Source of the DNA: an uncultured Methylomirabilota bacterium
Lineage (GTDB): Bacteria; Methylomirabilota; Methylomirabilia; Methylomirabilales; 2-02-FULL-66-22
Reading direction: 5' to 3'
Length of the DNA: 64,000 nucleotides
Assembly (NCBI GenBank): GCA_963705305.1
Contig: OY970067.1
Location: 2,816,001 to 2,880,000 of the forward strand
A program made the position numbers and the translations under genes. The notes beneath the pieces are model-generated. The model did not search any database. It was not told where the DNA came from and worked only from the letters and a program-made list of their open reading frames with translations. Shown in pieces: positions 61,729-64,000 of this stretch (the first letter of the stretch is position 1; the number at the start of each line of letters is the position of its first letter).

Positions 61729-64000
61729 GTGTACGAACTCAAGCTCTCTGATCCGGCCGCCCGCGACCTCCCGCTCCGGCGGGACATCCGGCTCCTCGGC
61801 AATTTGCTGGGGACGGTCCTGGTCGAGCAGGCGGGGCGCGCGCTGTTCGAGAAGGAGGAGGAGATCCGGAATCTCACTAAGGATCTGCGCCGGGAGTTCA
61901 CGCTCCAGGGCGAGGCGGCCATCGCCCGCCTCACGGAAGATCTGGACCTGCGCGCAGCCACCCAGATCATCCGGGCCTTCACCACCTTCCTCCAGCTGGT
62001 GAATGTCGCCGAGCAGATCCATGACATCCGGAAGTCCCGCTTCCAGGAGCTGCTGGCCCCGGCGGCGCCGCGGCCGGGGTCGCTGGCGGAGGCAGTTGCC
62101 CGCTGCCGCGCCGCCGGCCTCACGGCCGCAGCGCTGCAAGACATCCTCGGCCGGCTGGAACGTCACGCTGGTGCTCACGGCCCACCCGACGGAGGCCAAG
62201 CGGCGAACCATTCTGGGGAAGACCCGCCGCATCTCCGCCCATCTGGCCGCCGTGGATCATCCCCTCGTCACCGCGCAGGAGCGACAGGAGCTGGAGGAGG
62301 CCGTTCTGCGCGAGATCGCGGCCATCTGGCAGAGCGACGAGGTGCGCGCGCGGCGTCCGACGGTCCAGGACGAGGTGCGGAACGGTCTCTTCTACTTCGA
62401 CCAGGTCCTCTGGGAGGTGCTGCCATCCCTCTATCGGGACCTGCGGCGGGCCTTGGCCGCACACTATCCCGAGGCCCGCTTCGCCATTCCTCCCTTTCTC
62501 CGGTTCGGATCGTGGATCGGAGGGGATCGGGACGGAAACCCCCATGTCACGGTGGAGGCGACCTGGGAGACGCTTCGCCTGCACAAGGAGCTGGCCCTGC
62601 GCAAGCACCTGGAGGGACTGTCGCGGCTGTGGGGCGCGCTGAGCCAGTCGGTGGCACAGATGGGAGCCAGCGCCGAGCTGCGGGCCTCCGTGGAAGCGGA
62701 GGAGGCCACCCTCGGCGAGGCGGGACTGTCGCTCCAGGATCGGGACGAGCGAGAGTTCTACCGGCGCAAGCTGGTTTGCATGCACCTCCGTCTGGAGGCG
62801 ACCCTGCGGGCCACCAGCCGGGAGGTCGCCACGGCCCCTTCTTGGGCCTATCGGCGCGCCGCGGAGCTGGCGGCCGATCTCGCCCTGATCCAGCAGAGCC
62901 TCGCAGACAACCGGGGTGGTCGCTGGGCGGATGGGCCGGTCCAGACGGCCATGGATCAGGTGCGGATCTTCGGCTTCCACCTGGCCCCGCTGGATCTCCG
63001 GCAGGATGCCGCGGTCATCCGCGCCGCACTGGCCGAGGTGGCGCGAGCCGTCCGCCTGACGGAGGGCGATCTGCGGGACCTTCCCGAGGCAGAGCGGGCA
63101 GCCCTCCTCACTCGGGAAATCCAGTCGCCGCGCCCCCTCATCCCGCCCGCGCACCTGGCACGATTCAGCCCGGAAACGACCGAGGCGATCGCGCTGTTCC
63201 ACCTCATCCAGCGGGTCTGGACGGAGGAGGCTCCGGAGGCGATCGGCGCCGTCATCCTCAGCATGACCCGGCAGCCCAGCGACCTGCTGGCCACGCTGCT
63301 GTTGGCGAAGGAGGCCGGGCTCCTGGTGCGGGACGGGGAGGAGACGCGGAGCGGCATCGATCTGGCTCCGCTCTTCGAGAAGATTCAGGCGCTGGGGGAT
63401 GCCCCGGCCATCATGAACGCCGTGTACGCCAATTCCGCCTATCGCAGCCACCTGGAGGCGCGCGGGGGCGTTCAGGAGGTGATGCTGGGCTATTCAGACA
63501 GCAGCAAAGACGGCGGCTACCTCACCTCCAACTGGGAGCTGTACGTGGCCCAAGAGGGCCTGGCGGCCGGGGCCGCCGCGGCGGGGGTCCGGCTGCGGCT
63601 CTTCCACGGCCGCGGCGGTACCGTGGGCCGCGGCGGCGGGCCGATGCACGAGGCCATCCATGCGCAGCCGCCGGGGACCGTGCGGGGACGGATCAAGATC
63701 ACCGAGCAGGGGGAGATGATTCATTACAAGTACGGGGATGCGGCCGTGGCCGCGCGCAACCTAGAGTTGGTGGCCTCGGCGGTCCTAGAGACATCAGCCG
63801 GGATCCAGGGGACCACCGCGCTGGATCCGGCTTGGCCCGCCATGATGGCGGCCCTCTCCGAGCGTGCATGCCGGGCCTACCGGGGGCTGGTCGTGGAAGA
63901 TCCCGGCCTCTTCCGGTATTTCCAGGAGGCGACCCCGGTGCAGGAGATCAGCCGGCTGAACATCGCCTCGCGCCCCGCCTGGCGGCGGGCTGCCGGAACC
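61729..64000 (+). CDS. ppc: phosphoenolpyruvate carboxylase, frameshifted near 62160, runs off window end
   Basis: LRRDIRLLGNLLG in frame 1; VLTAHPTE, SWIGGDRDGNP, MLGYSDSSKDGG, FHGRGGTVGRGGGP and TEQGE in frame 2. Confidence 0.92.
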   Translation, partial: MYELKLSDPAARDLPLRRDIRLLGNLLGTVLVEQAGRALFEKEEEIRNLTKDLRREFTLQGEAAIARLTEDLDLRAATQIIRAFTTFLQLVNVAEQIHDIRKSRFQELLAPAAPRPGSLAEAVARCRAAGLTAAALQDILGRLERHAGAHGPPDGGQAANHSGEDPPHLRPSGRRGSSPRHRAGATGAGGGRSARDRGHLAERRGARAASDGPGRGAERSLLLRPGPLGGAAIPLSGPAAGLGRTLSRGPLRHSSLSPVRIVDRRGSGRKPPCHGGGDLGDASPAQGAGPAQAPGGTVAAVGRAEPVGGTDGSQRRAAGLRGSGGGHPRRGGTVAPGSGRARVLPAQAGLHAPPSGGDPAGHQPGGRHGPFLGLSARRGAGGRSRPDPAEPRRQPGWSLGGWAGPDGHGSGADLRLPPGPAGSPAGCRGHPRRTGRGGASRPPDGGRSAGPSRGRAGSPPHSGNPVAAPPHPARAPGTIQPGNDRGDRAVPPHPAGLDGGGSGGDRRRHPQHDPAAQRPAGHAAVGEGGRAPGAGRGGDAERHRSGSALREDSGAGGCPGHHERRVRQFRLSQPPGGARGRSGGDAGLFRQQQRRRLPHLQLGAVRGPRGPGGRGRRGGGPAAALPRPRRYRGPRRRADARGHPCAAAGDRAGTDQDHRAGGDDSLQVRGCGRGRAQPRVGGLGGPRDISRDPGDHRAGSGLARHDGGPLRACMPGLPGAGRGRSRPLPVFPGGDPGAGDQPAEHRLAPRLAAGCRN

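Overview
High-GC bacterial chromosomal window. The repeat style and gene order suggest a Methylomirabilota/NC10-like organism, but that is an unverified inference. A conserved plus-strand backbone runs secD-secF-recJ-gmhA-dac-LysM-dprA-topA-trmFO-xerC-hslVU-(receiver/GAF)-argBDF-SDR-argGH-FN3 lipoprotein, then lysA-dapA-dapB-dapL-folB-folK-dNK-panC. An accessory region of about 16 kb (24-40 kb) splits this backbone, and most of it is bracketed by a colinear direct repeat of about 235 bp with a 79/80-identical core. It holds nested mobile elements. A complete IS1380 (18-bp TIR, 5-bp TSD) is knocked out by a 201-bp Tn5/IS50-like MITE. A dead short tyrosine recombinase, followed by a degenerate tRNA-Leu 3' fragment, is split by a 3153-bp IS21-family element (6-bp TSD). 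That IS21 is the most unusual object here: between its left end and istA it carries a Cys-rich putative Zn-finger gene and a regular array of four CGAGACGCGAT repeats spaced 68-74 bp apart. A second accessory block (47-59 kb: receiver protein, signal peptidase I, DegP, ferritin-like protein, RND/MFS efflux) lies between two copies of a 52-bp motif. The window ends with an M50-CBS protease, PfpI and a frameshifted PEP carboxylase. Single extra bases in dapB, ppc and the recombinase may be assembly errors.
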